A stretch of DNA of 64,000 nt, taken from Ignavibacteriota bacterium. Lineage in GTDB: Bacteria > Bacteroidota > Ignavibacteria > UBA10030 > UBA6906. Below are positions 21,901-29,830 of this stretch, one piece after another. Within the stretch, counting starts at the first letter, position 1; every line of letters begins with the position of its first letter. The stretch lies in contig CAWJKM010000003.1 in NCBI GenBank assembly GCA_963843525.1, positions 477,033 to 541,032 of the forward strand, written 5' to 3'. The notes under the pieces were generated by a model that was not told the DNA's origin, did no database searches, and saw only the letters and a list, made by a program, of their open reading frames with translations. The translations under genes and the position numbers were made by a program.

Positions 21901-22742
21901 CTCTCCTGACAGCTCCTCCCGCTGGGGCGAAGGACCTTCCGCGGACCATCATGTTTGTCTGGGAGGAGGTCATTGGAGCAAGCAAATACTATCTCGATGT
22001 CGCAAGGGACGAGGGCTTTTCTGACCGGGTGTTGTACGATTCAGCGACGGCGGGCAGCAAAACGGTGACACTGCCTGACAATCAGACCTTGTACTACTGG
22101 AGAATCCGTGCCTCGAACGGGACGACAGCAGGACTCGCCAGTGAAATCCGATTTTTCAATACGCAAGCGGCCGTGCTGCCTGTACCGGAGGTTCAGCTCG
22201 GCGGGATTGCTGCAAGCCCGCAGGGGCTGAAACAAGATGTGTCATGGGCACGAGTGCAAGGGGCGATACGGTATCAGTTCCAATCGGCAATGGATTCCCT
22301 GTTCGTCTCGGTGGTCGTGAACGATACGTCCCTCACGGATACAACTCGCGAGCTCACGGGGTTGGCTCCCCAGACACGTTATTTCGTTCGCGTACGCGCT
22401 GTCGGGGCTGATGGCAAAAGCCCGTTCACCCCGGTAGTCTCGTTCACTACCCCCGCGGATCCGAATTCAACTTCGCCGGCGGTCTTCGCCCTTGAGCAAA
22501 ACTTCCCCAATCCGTTTAACCCCCAAACGACCATCCGGTATCATCTTCCCATCGTCGCTGCAGTAAGCCTCACCGTGTTCAATGTGTTGGGGCAACAGGT
22601 GCGGAGTCTTGTTGACGAAGTACAGAAACCCGGATCCTACCAGGTGGTTCTTGACGCCGGGGACCTCGCCAGCGGGATGTATTTCTGCTGGCTCAAGGCC
22701 GGTCTGTTCACCCAGGTGCGTCGGCTGATTCTTGTGAAATAA
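18972..22742 (+). CDS. Secreted multidomain protein paralogous to 15767..18670: same ~600-aa module, Ig-like domain, CBM-like module, three FN3-like repeats and T9SS C-terminal sorting domain
   Basis: About 70% identical to the upstream paralog across the N-terminal module (VWAIDDGEKVKQDDL…, HRFFTKEFVYQGFYDYIDIWSLSAQPG). C-terminus …NFPNPFNPQTTIRY…SGMYFCWL… is a T9SS tail. Start taken at the ATG at 18972, which gives the signal peptide MRLVWYTVPILLLF…. Confidence 0.75.
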   Translation: MRLVWYTVPILLLFCSCAKTVAQPGVTRVWAIDDGEKVKQDDLTNPAKTGVNNPVWDGSRITLFGAKNETVAFQLILEASGTGASNVNVVLDSLVNGTAVITNTGSAGPFYYVGRRIDLFVEHYTNVTQRSPYTGGYGFSNARALPDDDFLGWIPDALVPFEAPVKSPAHGQGGAPFPILAGKTQAVWVDIYIPKDAVAGTYAATVRVTEGGSTTFTIPLALSVYNFSLPDENHAKSFFNWDLDLLTARYGITYGSPGYWDMFRKFMNFSHRHRIDLVDGRESLDGFESHLAEYYTGTAYTAQHGYDGPGVGVGNKVYSIGTYDQPNHGDVSGFAPATASAWQSAADAWEGWFQSNAPDVLRFKYMDDEGDVKNPAVVQLIKDKCSWIKSSPGPGKNLHRFFTKEFVYQGFYDYIDIWSLSAQPGIRLSDLSARKPAGNLFSMYNGTRPMWGNMELLDNYATDSRVNPWISWKYGVDLFFFWITSFYAENLPPSPNAKNVWDDNYIPGGTPYGSNKAWGAGMVFYPGIDVLYPADSRGLQGPIGCIRLNNYRRGQQDYEYLWLAKQAGIDVSAMVDKIVPHALDDWGGSYTSAGGFDQQPVYAEHGYIFEQVRRQLADSLASHAGQIVFPPTGTFSVDPTVLPAGGGTVSLSWTSSHATSATINNGVGSVPLADSVKLNVSSSTSYVLTLAGSGGSIQYVASVSVGSKPADLSGNLISNPGFEDGTTDWLSFSGGSASFTIASPSIDGSNAGNLSVTSTGTNIQIYQYNLSLEPATAYELTFAAKCNSGDSMDVSLGRHDAPFTNYGLASQPVKLTNSWAVYTIDFTTKNFTDIVSNARLRFSFEAHAKAGDQYWIDNISLKKRSSANPLPVTLSVPRLLFPATGTSNLSQVVDFVWHPVQGATAYQVQLALDSLFTRFVVNDSTVSDTVRQVRELAYSTRYYLRLRALSPAGVSAYGSTASFLTIPAPPSGTLAAPLLTAPPAGAKDLPRTIMFVWEEVIGASKYYLDVARDEGFSDRVLYDSATAGSKTVTLPDNQTLYYWRIRASNGTTAGLASEIRFFNTQAAVLPVPEVQLGGIAASPQGLKQDVSWARVQGAIRYQFQSAMDSLFVSVVVNDTSLTDTTRELTGLAPQTRYFVRVRAVGADGKSPFTPVVSFTTPADPNSTSPAVFALEQNFPNPFNPQTTIRYHLPIVAAVSLTVFNVLGQQVRSLVDEVQKPGSYQVVLDAGDLASGMYFCWLKAGLFTQVRRLILVK

Positions 22743-22853
22743 TCGCCTCCCGCCCTTTCCGCTCCGAGGAGACTGTTGACGCCCGTCACAGTCTCCCACT
22801 CGCTGGAATCCTACCTTACGCGATGACTATCAGTACCTGGATGACTTCCTCTT

Positions 22854-24056
22854 TTGTCTCACCTTGACTCCGGAAAAAGGGGATTGAACCCTGTGGACTC
22901 AACTGTTCTATCAAGTGTTGATCAACTCATGGCGCTTCGTCCTGAGTGGGAGAGTCTTTGGGCAGAAGCAGGGGGAACTCTCTACCAATCGTTTTTCTGG
23001 CTTTCCACGTGGTGGCAGGTCTACCATGACAAGGTCCAAATGCAGCTGCTGGTTGTCCGCGACGGAGGACGCCTTGTCGGACTGGTGCCCTGCTTTATTG
23101 AGGTAATGAAGTTCGGCCTCTTCCGCCTTCGTCGCCTTCGCATGATGGGTGAATATGAGACCTCCGGAGAATACGAGCCGCTCTACCTTCCGCAGTACAT
23201 GAAGGATGTCGCCGCGGCGTCGTCGGAATTTTACGCACAACTCCTTTTGCGCAAAGAAATCGACGTCATCGACTTCCACCATTTCTCTTCAGTGTCATCC
23301 GTTTTTGAGCAGATCGTGCAGAATCTCAGGGCCGGGGGGCTCTACGTTCGTCACGAGGCTCGAAGCGCTGTTCGCCTCGTTCTGGAGACTCCTCCGGATT
23401 GGCCAAGGTACCTGGATTTGCTCGCCAGACATGACCGTCGAAACCGTGAGAAGCACGAACGGGCGCTGTTCAGGAATGGCGCGGTACTCGAAATGATCCC
23501 CTGTGCCGGTAACGAGCAAGCATTCAATGATTTCGCGCAACTGCATACCAAAGCAATGGCGGCGCGATCCATTGGAGGGCATTTCGTTTCCAAGGAGCGG
23601 TATGGTGATTTTCTGAAAATGGTCACTTTTGGGGCAACCGACCCGGAGATGTCGCGGTGGTTCTTTTTGAAGAAAGGCGACGACCGATTCGCAGCGCTTC
23701 TGGTCTTTTATACACAGGACGCATGTTGCTTTTACCTGAGCGGGCGGGATCCCATTCATGAACTGTCGCGATTGGGCCCGGGGATCGTTCTCATGAACCT
23801 TGCGATCAAAGAGGCGATCCGTCGCGGGTGCAGATCTGTCGATTTCGTTGAAGGAGGAACCGCTTATAAATTCACGATGGGGGCAAAAGACCTGGGTTTT
23901 GGCAGGATATCCATCACGCGCCGGCGTTTCACCAGTATTGTTCTCATGACCTATATCGCAGTCGTCGTTTTTCGACAGAGCAGTCTCTGGAAAGAGTATC
24001 TGGAACCCCTGGATGTGCGATGGCGTTTTCGAAGGCTGCGGCACCATAAACCGTAG
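22854..24056 (+). CDS. GNAT-fold acyltransferase of the CelD/BioF2/FemAB-like family
   Basis: …LRPEWESLW…LYQSFFWLSTWW… N-terminal pattern and overall length are typical of CelD-like acetyltransferases in exopolysaccharide loci. Start uncertain between TTG at 22854, GTG near 22893 and ATG at 22929. Confidence 0.55.
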   Translation: MSHLDSGKRGLNPVDSTVLSSVDQLMALRPEWESLWAEAGGTLYQSFFWLSTWWQVYHDKVQMQLLVVRDGGRLVGLVPCFIEVMKFGLFRLRRLRMMGEYETSGEYEPLYLPQYMKDVAAASSEFYAQLLLRKEIDVIDFHHFSSVSSVFEQIVQNLRAGGLYVRHEARSAVRLVLETPPDWPRYLDLLARHDRRNREKHERALFRNGAVLEMIPCAGNEQAFNDFAQLHTKAMAARSIGGHFVSKERYGDFLKMVTFGATDPEMSRWFFLKKGDDRFAALLVFYTQDACCFYLSGRDPIHELSRLGPGIVLMNLAIKEAIRRGCRSVDFVEGGTAYKFTMGAKDLGFGRISITRRRFTSIVLMTYIAVVVFRQSSLWKEYLEPLDVRWRFRRLRHHKP

Positions 24057-24210
24057 CCAATTCATTGATTATTCCCACCGAAATCTGTATCTTTAACAGT
24101 TTGGCTGCGAGCAATGAGCCTCCTCACCCTCGCTTCAGGGGCACAGGGGGCAGAAGAACCGCGAAGAGCCCTCTCACCTTATCCGCCAACATCCAGAAGG
24201 TAACAGCGCG

Positions 24211-24684
24211 ATGTTCTCCAAAGGGAAGATCCACGACATCGTCGTGCACGATCTTGTGAAGTTCATTGATGATCGAGGATGGCTCACAGAGCTCTATCGG
24301 GCAGATGACCTCGATGCCTCCTATCACCCGGTCATGGGCTACATTTCCATTACTCTCCCCGGCGTCCCGCGGGGACCCCATGAGCACGTCGATCAGGCGG
24401 ACAATTTTGCGTTCATCGGGCCATCGGATTTTAAGATCTACCTCTGGGACAATCGCCCCACCTCCCCCACCTACAAGATTCGGCAGACGTTTTTCGCGGG
24501 GGAAAATGCTCCCCGGTCTCTCATCATTCCCCCGGGAGTAGTCCACGCCTACAAGAACGTCGGGGGGAAACCCGGGATGGTGGTGAACCTGCCCAATCGC
24601 CTGTACGCCGGCGAGAAGAAACGATCCCCTGTTGATGAAATCCGCCACGAAAGCGACCCCAACTCTCCTTTCCTCCTGGATTGA
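24211..24684 (+). CDS. dTDP-4-dehydrorhamnose 3,5-epimerase family cupin (RmlC-like), intact copy
   Basis: 157-aa cupin with …DDRGWLTELYR…GPHEHV…GVVHAYKNVG…. Its stop overlaps the start of the downstream rmlB remnant (TTGACATG). Confidence 0.7.
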   Translation: MFSKGKIHDIVVHDLVKFIDDRGWLTELYRADDLDASYHPVMGYISITLPGVPRGPHEHVDQADNFAFIGPSDFKIYLWDNRPTSPTYKIRQTFFAGENAPRSLIIPPGVVHAYKNVGGKPGMVVNLPNRLYAGEKKRSPVDEIRHESDPNSPFLLD

Positions 24685-24685
24685 C

Positions 24686-25420
24686 ATGAAAGTAATACTG
24701 GTGACGGGCGGGGCTGGGTTCATAGGCTCCAATTTTATCCATCGTTTGCTCCGGAACGACCGGGATTGGACCATCGTTAATTTCGATGCCCTGACCTACG
24801 CGGGCAATCTCGAGAATCTTCAGGACATCGCTGCGGATCCACGGTACCATTTTGTGCGTGGCGACATCTGCGACTCCGCGAGCGTCCTCGCAACCCTGAA
24901 AAAGTTTTCCGTCGACACCATAGTCCACTTCGCCGCTGAGTCGCATGTCGACCGGAGCATCCTTGGTGCAGCGATATTTGTGAAGACCAACGTGCTCGGG
25001 ACGCAGGTCCTGCTCGATGCTGCAAGAGAGACCGGGATCGAACGGTTTGTGCATGTTTCGACGGACGAAGTCTACGGTTCTCTCGGTCCGACCGGGAAAT
25101 TCACCGAGAACACCCCGCTCCATGCCAACAGCCCGTACTCTGCGAGCAAGGCGGGATCGGACCTGCTTGCTCTTGCCTTTCACCATGCATTCAACCTGCC
25201 GATCGTTCTCAGCTGTTGTTTAATCAACTACGGACGATCGTCGGTTTCTTGAAAATGTGATTCCATTGATGATAGTGAATGCACGGAAGGACGAACCGTT
25301 ACGGTTGAGAGAGAAGGGGAATAGGCGATCACATTCCCTCGAATTGTTGTTAATGAGTCGGCTTCGCGGTACCATCGCGATTATCACGTGCCATGTCTTC
25401 CTCGCTCTGCCATCTCAAGT
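24686..25420 (+). pseudogene. dTDP-glucose 4,6-dehydratase (rmlB) pseudogene: frameshifted and truncated copy
   Basis: The first 175 aa match RmlB (MKVILVTGGAGFIGSNF…STDEVYG…YSASKAGSDLL…). The reading frame collapses near 25210 relative to the intact paralog at 28814. Nucleotide homology to the intact copy continues out of frame to about 25400 (ttcttgaaaatgtgattccattgatgatagtgaatgc vs ttccctgaaaagatgatccccctgatgatcacgaatgc). Confidence 0.7.
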
Positions 25421-25457
25421 TTAACTTGTTGCCGTCCATAGAACACTTTTCTGATAT

Positions 25458-26762
25458 ATGAATACTCAGGCGATTCTCCGGAAAATCGAATCTAAACAAG
25501 CTATCATCGGCGTTGTTGGGCTCGGTTACGTCGGCCTTCCCTTGCTGCTTTGCTTCATCGAAAAAGGATTTCAGGTTGTCGGGTTGGACATCGATGAGAA
25601 AAAGACCGCTTTATTGACCAAGGGGGAGTCGTACATAAGACACATAAGCAAAGATCGCGTTGCAGGAGCCGCTCGGTCGGGTCGTCTTCTCACGACAACT
25701 GATTTCTCGCACGCCCGAACTTGTGATGCAATTCTCATCGCAGTGCCCACCCCGCTCAATAAGAACCGTGAACCGGACATGTCGTTCATCGTAGCGACCT
25801 GTGAGGCTCTTATTCCGCACATCCGTGAGGGGCAACTCATCGTTCTTGAGTCGACGACGTATCCAGGCACGACTGAAGAGGAGATGGTTCCCATCCTGGA
25901 AAGGAGCGGTCTGAAAGCGGATAGGGACTTCTTTGTTGCCTTTTCCCCCGAACGTGAGGACCCGAGTCGAACGGATTTCACAACCGAGACAATTCCGAAG
26001 GTGGTCGGGTCCACAACGTCTGAAGGGCTCGCGATCGCCGAGAAGGTCTATCAGCAGATAGTAGTGAACACTGTTCCTGTGTCCTCCACACGCGTGGCTG
26101 AAGCGACGAAACTTCTCGAAAATACGTTCCGCGCAGTCAACATAGCGCTTGTCAACGAACTCAAAATGACTTTTACGAAGATGGGGATCGACGTTTGGGA
26201 GGTGATCGAAGCCGCTAAGTCGAAGCCATTTGGGTTCATGCCGTTCTATCCCGGCCCCGGCCTGGGCGGGCATTGTATTCCAATTGACCCGTTCTATCTG
26301 ACGTGGAAAGCGCGGGAGTATGGTGTGACCACAAAGTTCATCGAGCTTGCCGGTGAAATCAACACGGGTATGCCTGACTTCGTCATCCAACGGGCCATGG
26401 AAGTGATGAACGACCTTGGCAAGCCGTTGAAGGGGGCACGGGTGCTGTTGCTGGGTCTTGCCTACAAGGCGAACGTGGATGATGACAGGGAATCTCCGTC
26501 CTATCACTTGATCGAGAAGCTTGAGGCGCGGGGGGCAACGGTGAGCTACAACGATCCGTTCATTCCAGTGATTCGGCCCTCGAGGGAGTTTTCGCGATAT
26601 GCCGGGAGGAAGTCCGTCGAAGTGTCTCCGCAGTATGATTTGATAATTGTTGCGACCCCGCATGAGAAATACCGTTCCCTTGATTTCTCGTTGTATGACC
26701 TCCCGATTCTCGATACCAGAAACATCGTGGTCAAACGGAATCATCTTTACTTTCAGGCCTGA
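25458..26762 (+). CDS. Nucleotide-sugar dehydrogenase (UDP-N-acetyl-hexosamine 6-dehydrogenase, WbpO/TviB/WecC-like)
   Basis: …IGVVGLGYVGLPLLL… NAD-binding N-terminus, the catalytic-region motif …GGHCIPID… and a UDP-binding C-terminal domain; 434 aa. Confidence 0.85.
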   Translation: MNTQAILRKIESKQAIIGVVGLGYVGLPLLLCFIEKGFQVVGLDIDEKKTALLTKGESYIRHISKDRVAGAARSGRLLTTTDFSHARTCDAILIAVPTPLNKNREPDMSFIVATCEALIPHIREGQLIVLESTTYPGTTEEEMVPILERSGLKADRDFFVAFSPEREDPSRTDFTTETIPKVVGSTTSEGLAIAEKVYQQIVVNTVPVSSTRVAEATKLLENTFRAVNIALVNELKMTFTKMGIDVWEVIEAAKSKPFGFMPFYPGPGLGGHCIPIDPFYLTWKAREYGVTTKFIELAGEINTGMPDFVIQRAMEVMNDLGKPLKGARVLLLGLAYKANVDDDRESPSYHLIEKLEARGATVSYNDPFIPVIRPSREFSRYAGRKSVEVSPQYDLIIVATPHEKYRSLDFSLYDLPILDTRNIVVKRNHLYFQA

Positions 26763-26764
26763 CC

Positions 26765-27700
26765 ATGCGTTATCTTGTCACCGGCGGCGCAGGGTTCATC
26801 GGATCGAATATCGTGGAGGAACTTCTACGACGCGGGGAAAAGGTGCGTGTCCTCGACAACCTGGCTACAGGGAAAAGGGAAAACCTCAATGAATTTGCAG
26901 GCCGTATTGAGTTGATTGAAGGGGATATTCGCAACTACCATGTTGTGAGGGAGGCCACAGATGGCATAGACGTAATCCTTCATCAAGCCGCACTCCCGTC
27001 AGTCCCACGCTCCGTGAAGGATCCGATCACCACCAACCAGGTGAATGTCGACGGGACACTCAACATCCTTTACGCTGCAAAAGACGCAAAAGTCAAGCGC
27101 GTTATCTCTGCCTCGTCCTCCTCAATCTACGGCGACACTCCGAGCCTTCCGAAGCATGAAGCGATGGCGCCCAAGCCCCTCTCTCCTTACGCAGTCAGCA
27201 AACTGGCCGGGGAGACGTATTCCCGTGTGTTCCATGGAGTTTTCGGTCTCGAGACGATCGCCCTTCGGTATTTCAATGTCTTCGGGCCTCGTCAAGATCC
27301 GACCTCACAATATTCGGCGGTAATTCCGAAATTTATCAATGCGATCCTTCAGGATCGTTCCCCGGTGATTTATGGTGATGGAACACAAAGTCGCGATTTT
27401 ACTTATGTAGCCAATGTTGTCGAAGCAAACATCCGGGCGGCGACCGTTTCGTGTGAGACCGGGATCGTAATGAATTGTGCCTGTCACGGTCAAGTAACCC
27501 TGCTGGAACTTGTTGCTGCCATCAATTCCATTCTCGGGAAGACTATCCAACCCGAATTCTCGGACGAGCGGCCCGGAGACATCAAGCACTCCTTCGCCGA
27601 TATCGAAATGATGAAAAACGTACTCGGATTCTCTCCGTCGATTGACTTTCGCTTAGGGCTCGAATTGACGTGTAAACATTATCTGCGACTTGCGAAGTAG
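26765..27700 (+). CDS. NAD-dependent nucleotide-sugar 4-epimerase (WbpP/TviC-like SDR)
   Basis: MRYLVTGGAGFIGSNIVEELL…, YAVSKLAGE (YxxxK) and …RYFNVFGPRQDP…. The ATG overlaps the upstream stop, as in WbpO/WbpP operons. Confidence 0.8.
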   Translation: MRYLVTGGAGFIGSNIVEELLRRGEKVRVLDNLATGKRENLNEFAGRIELIEGDIRNYHVVREATDGIDVILHQAALPSVPRSVKDPITTNQVNVDGTLNILYAAKDAKVKRVISASSSSIYGDTPSLPKHEAMAPKPLSPYAVSKLAGETYSRVFHGVFGLETIALRYFNVFGPRQDPTSQYSAVIPKFINAILQDRSPVIYGDGTQSRDFTYVANVVEANIRAATVSCETGIVMNCACHGQVTLLELVAAINSILGKTIQPEFSDERPGDIKHSFADIEMMKNVLGFSPSIDFRLGLELTCKHYLRLAK

Positions 27701-28499
27701 ATGCTCGCCTTCGGATCAACGAGAAAAGGTGTTCGCGAACAATTGCCAGCCCGTGCAGCGAGCCCTGTGGAGCACGAGTGTACAACTCGGAGGGCGGGCG
27801 AACTGCCTTTATGGACGTGTCACGGCTACTTGTTTGTCCAATTTGCACGAGCTCCGGGACGTCCTCGATCGATTTTGAATTGGATTGTGCGCGGACGTAC
27901 CGGGGGAACCTCATCTCCACCTCTGTTCTGTCGGCGCCGACGAGCTTACTCGTCCCGAATTGAATGTGCCCCCCTTTCACAATCTGGTGGCTTACGTGTT
28001 CGTCCGGCGATAGGTGTCATCACTATGCACAATGAATGAGTGTGGTGATCCCAAGCGGAATCTTCGTGACCGGATCGAAATGGAGACAGACCTTCAGATC
28101 GCGAGAGATCGAGTGTCCCTTGTCCTGGCGTACCCGGTCTGGTGAATTAATGCTGCTTTGAAGTGGCGGCAAACGAAATTCAGCCGCTCTCCCAGTTCGT
28201 TCAACCCTTTGCATCAGGGAATCGGTCTTTGAGCTTTTGAGCCTCATCGGAGCCGTTTCCTTCAACTTTCCACCTTCGCCTGACGACTGATTCAATTGCT
28301 TTTGCACGGGGGAGTGCGTATTTTACAAAGCAGGCGTTTGGGACCGGGCAGGATGAGGTTGAAGGATAAGGTCTTCAGGAACGATGGGCATCCGTATTCG
28401 TCGAAACCTTCCCCGTATTCTCTTATATTTCGAAGCATATCTCCTCGTGTGATCCAAGATGTCAATTGAGCCGGGCAAGAATTCTGAGAGTCAACGAGA

Positions 28500-28817
28500 A
28501 TGTCTACTGACGGGCCCATTATGGGTGCGGTCGGTGGCGGTCTTCTCATACATTGTGATCACCGCGGATGGTTGCGGGAAGTGCATCGGAAGGGCGAGGT
28601 CGAACAGCAGCACCTTCCGGTTATGAGTTCCATATCGAGGACAACCCCCGGGACCGCGCGGGGAACGCATGAGCATGTCGCGAAGGCCGATCCAATTTGT
28701 TCTACCGGTCCGTCGGATTCCGAATACTGTTTCCGAGACGGCCGCAAATTCTCACCTCCGAATCTCATTCGCCATGAAGGCGACTCCTCCTCACCCTACA
28801 ATCTCGACTGCCTATGA
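28500..28817 (+). pseudogene. Degraded RmlC-like cupin remnant (in-frame internal deletion of the cupin core)
   Basis: N-terminus MSTDGPIMGAVGGGLLIHCDHRGWLREV… aligns with the intact 24211 copy (…FIDDRGWLTELY…). C-terminus …NLIRHEGDSSSPYNLD aligns with …DEIRHESDPNSPFLLD. About 50 central residues are missing. It keeps the same stop/start overlap with the downstream rmlB. Confidence 0.55.
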
Positions 28818-29821
28818 AGAGCATTCTCATTACTGGGGGGGCCGGATTTATAGGCTCGAATTTCATTCATCATGCCCTTGAGAATCATCCGGAGTGGTCT
28901 CTTGTCAATTTCGACGCTCTGACGTACGCAGGAAATCTGGAAAACCTGAAGGACGTGGCCACCCATCCACAGTATCAGTTCGTCCACGGAGACATTTGCG
29001 ATCAGGAGACGGTCAACTCTACATTGCAGAAATTCTCGATCGATACGATTGTGCACTTCGCAGCAGAGTCCCACGTCGACCGGAGCATTCTTGGACCCGC
29101 GGTGTTTGTGAAGACAAACGTTCTGGGTTCGCAAATTCTCCTGGACGCAGCCAGGGCGCATGCAATCGAGCGGTTTGTCCACGTCTCAACGGATGAGGTG
29201 TACGGATCTCTCGGTCCGACGGGCAAATTCACGGAAAACACTCCGTTGCACGCGAACAGTCCTTATTCCGCAAGCAAAGCTGGATCTGATTTACTGGCGC
29301 TAGCCTATTATCACACCTTCGGACTACCGGTTGTGGTGACCCGCTGTTCGAACAATTACGGCCCATACCAGTTCCCTGAAAAGATGATCCCCCTGATGAT
29401 CACGAATGCGTTGAACGACAAACCATTGCCGGTGTATGGGAACGGCTTGAACGTTCGAGACTGGTTGCACGTGAGCGATCATTGTACAGGAATTGATGCA
29501 GTGCTTCATCGGGGTCGGGTAGGGGAGGTCTATAATATAGGCGGGGAGAATGAGTGGAAGAATATCGATATCGTCAGGTTGATTCTGGAGCGATTGGGAA
29601 AGTCTGAATCGTTGATCACTTATGTTAAGGACCGGCCTGGGCATGACCAAAGGTACGCAATTGACGCGGCAAAGATAAGAAGTGAACTCGGCTGGAAGCC
29701 ACAACAGACATTTGAGAAAGCCATCGATAGTACGATCGAGTGGTACAAAAAGCATGTATCCTGGTGGAAGCGGGTGATGACCGGTGAGTATCTCCAGTAC
29801 TACGCCAAACAGTACAGTTGA
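28814..29821 (+). CDS. rmlB: dTDP-glucose 4,6-dehydratase
   Basis: Full-length 335-aa RmlB with GGAGFIGSNF, STDEVYG, YSASKAGSD and a conserved C-terminal half. Confidence 0.9.
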   Translation: MKSILITGGAGFIGSNFIHHALENHPEWSLVNFDALTYAGNLENLKDVATHPQYQFVHGDICDQETVNSTLQKFSIDTIVHFAAESHVDRSILGPAVFVKTNVLGSQILLDAARAHAIERFVHVSTDEVYGSLGPTGKFTENTPLHANSPYSASKAGSDLLALAYYHTFGLPVVVTRCSNNYGPYQFPEKMIPLMITNALNDKPLPVYGNGLNVRDWLHVSDHCTGIDAVLHRGRVGEVYNIGGENEWKNIDIVRLILERLGKSESLITYVKDRPGHDQRYAIDAAKIRSELGWKPQQTFEKAIDSTIEWYKKHVSWWKRVMTGEYLQYYAKQYS

Positions 29822-29830
29822 GCTAAATAC

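Noticed and set aside
24686-25252. Calling the 189-aa ORF a functional short dTDP-glucose dehydratase
   Set aside because: It ends right after the YxxxK region. Out-of-frame nucleotide homology to the rest of rmlB continues downstream, which shows a frameshifted pseudogene rather than a genuine short protein.
25611-26744. 377-aa minus-strand ORF
   Set aside because: Antisense to the nucleotide-sugar dehydrogenase gene, which has unmistakable GxGxxG and GGHCIP motifs.
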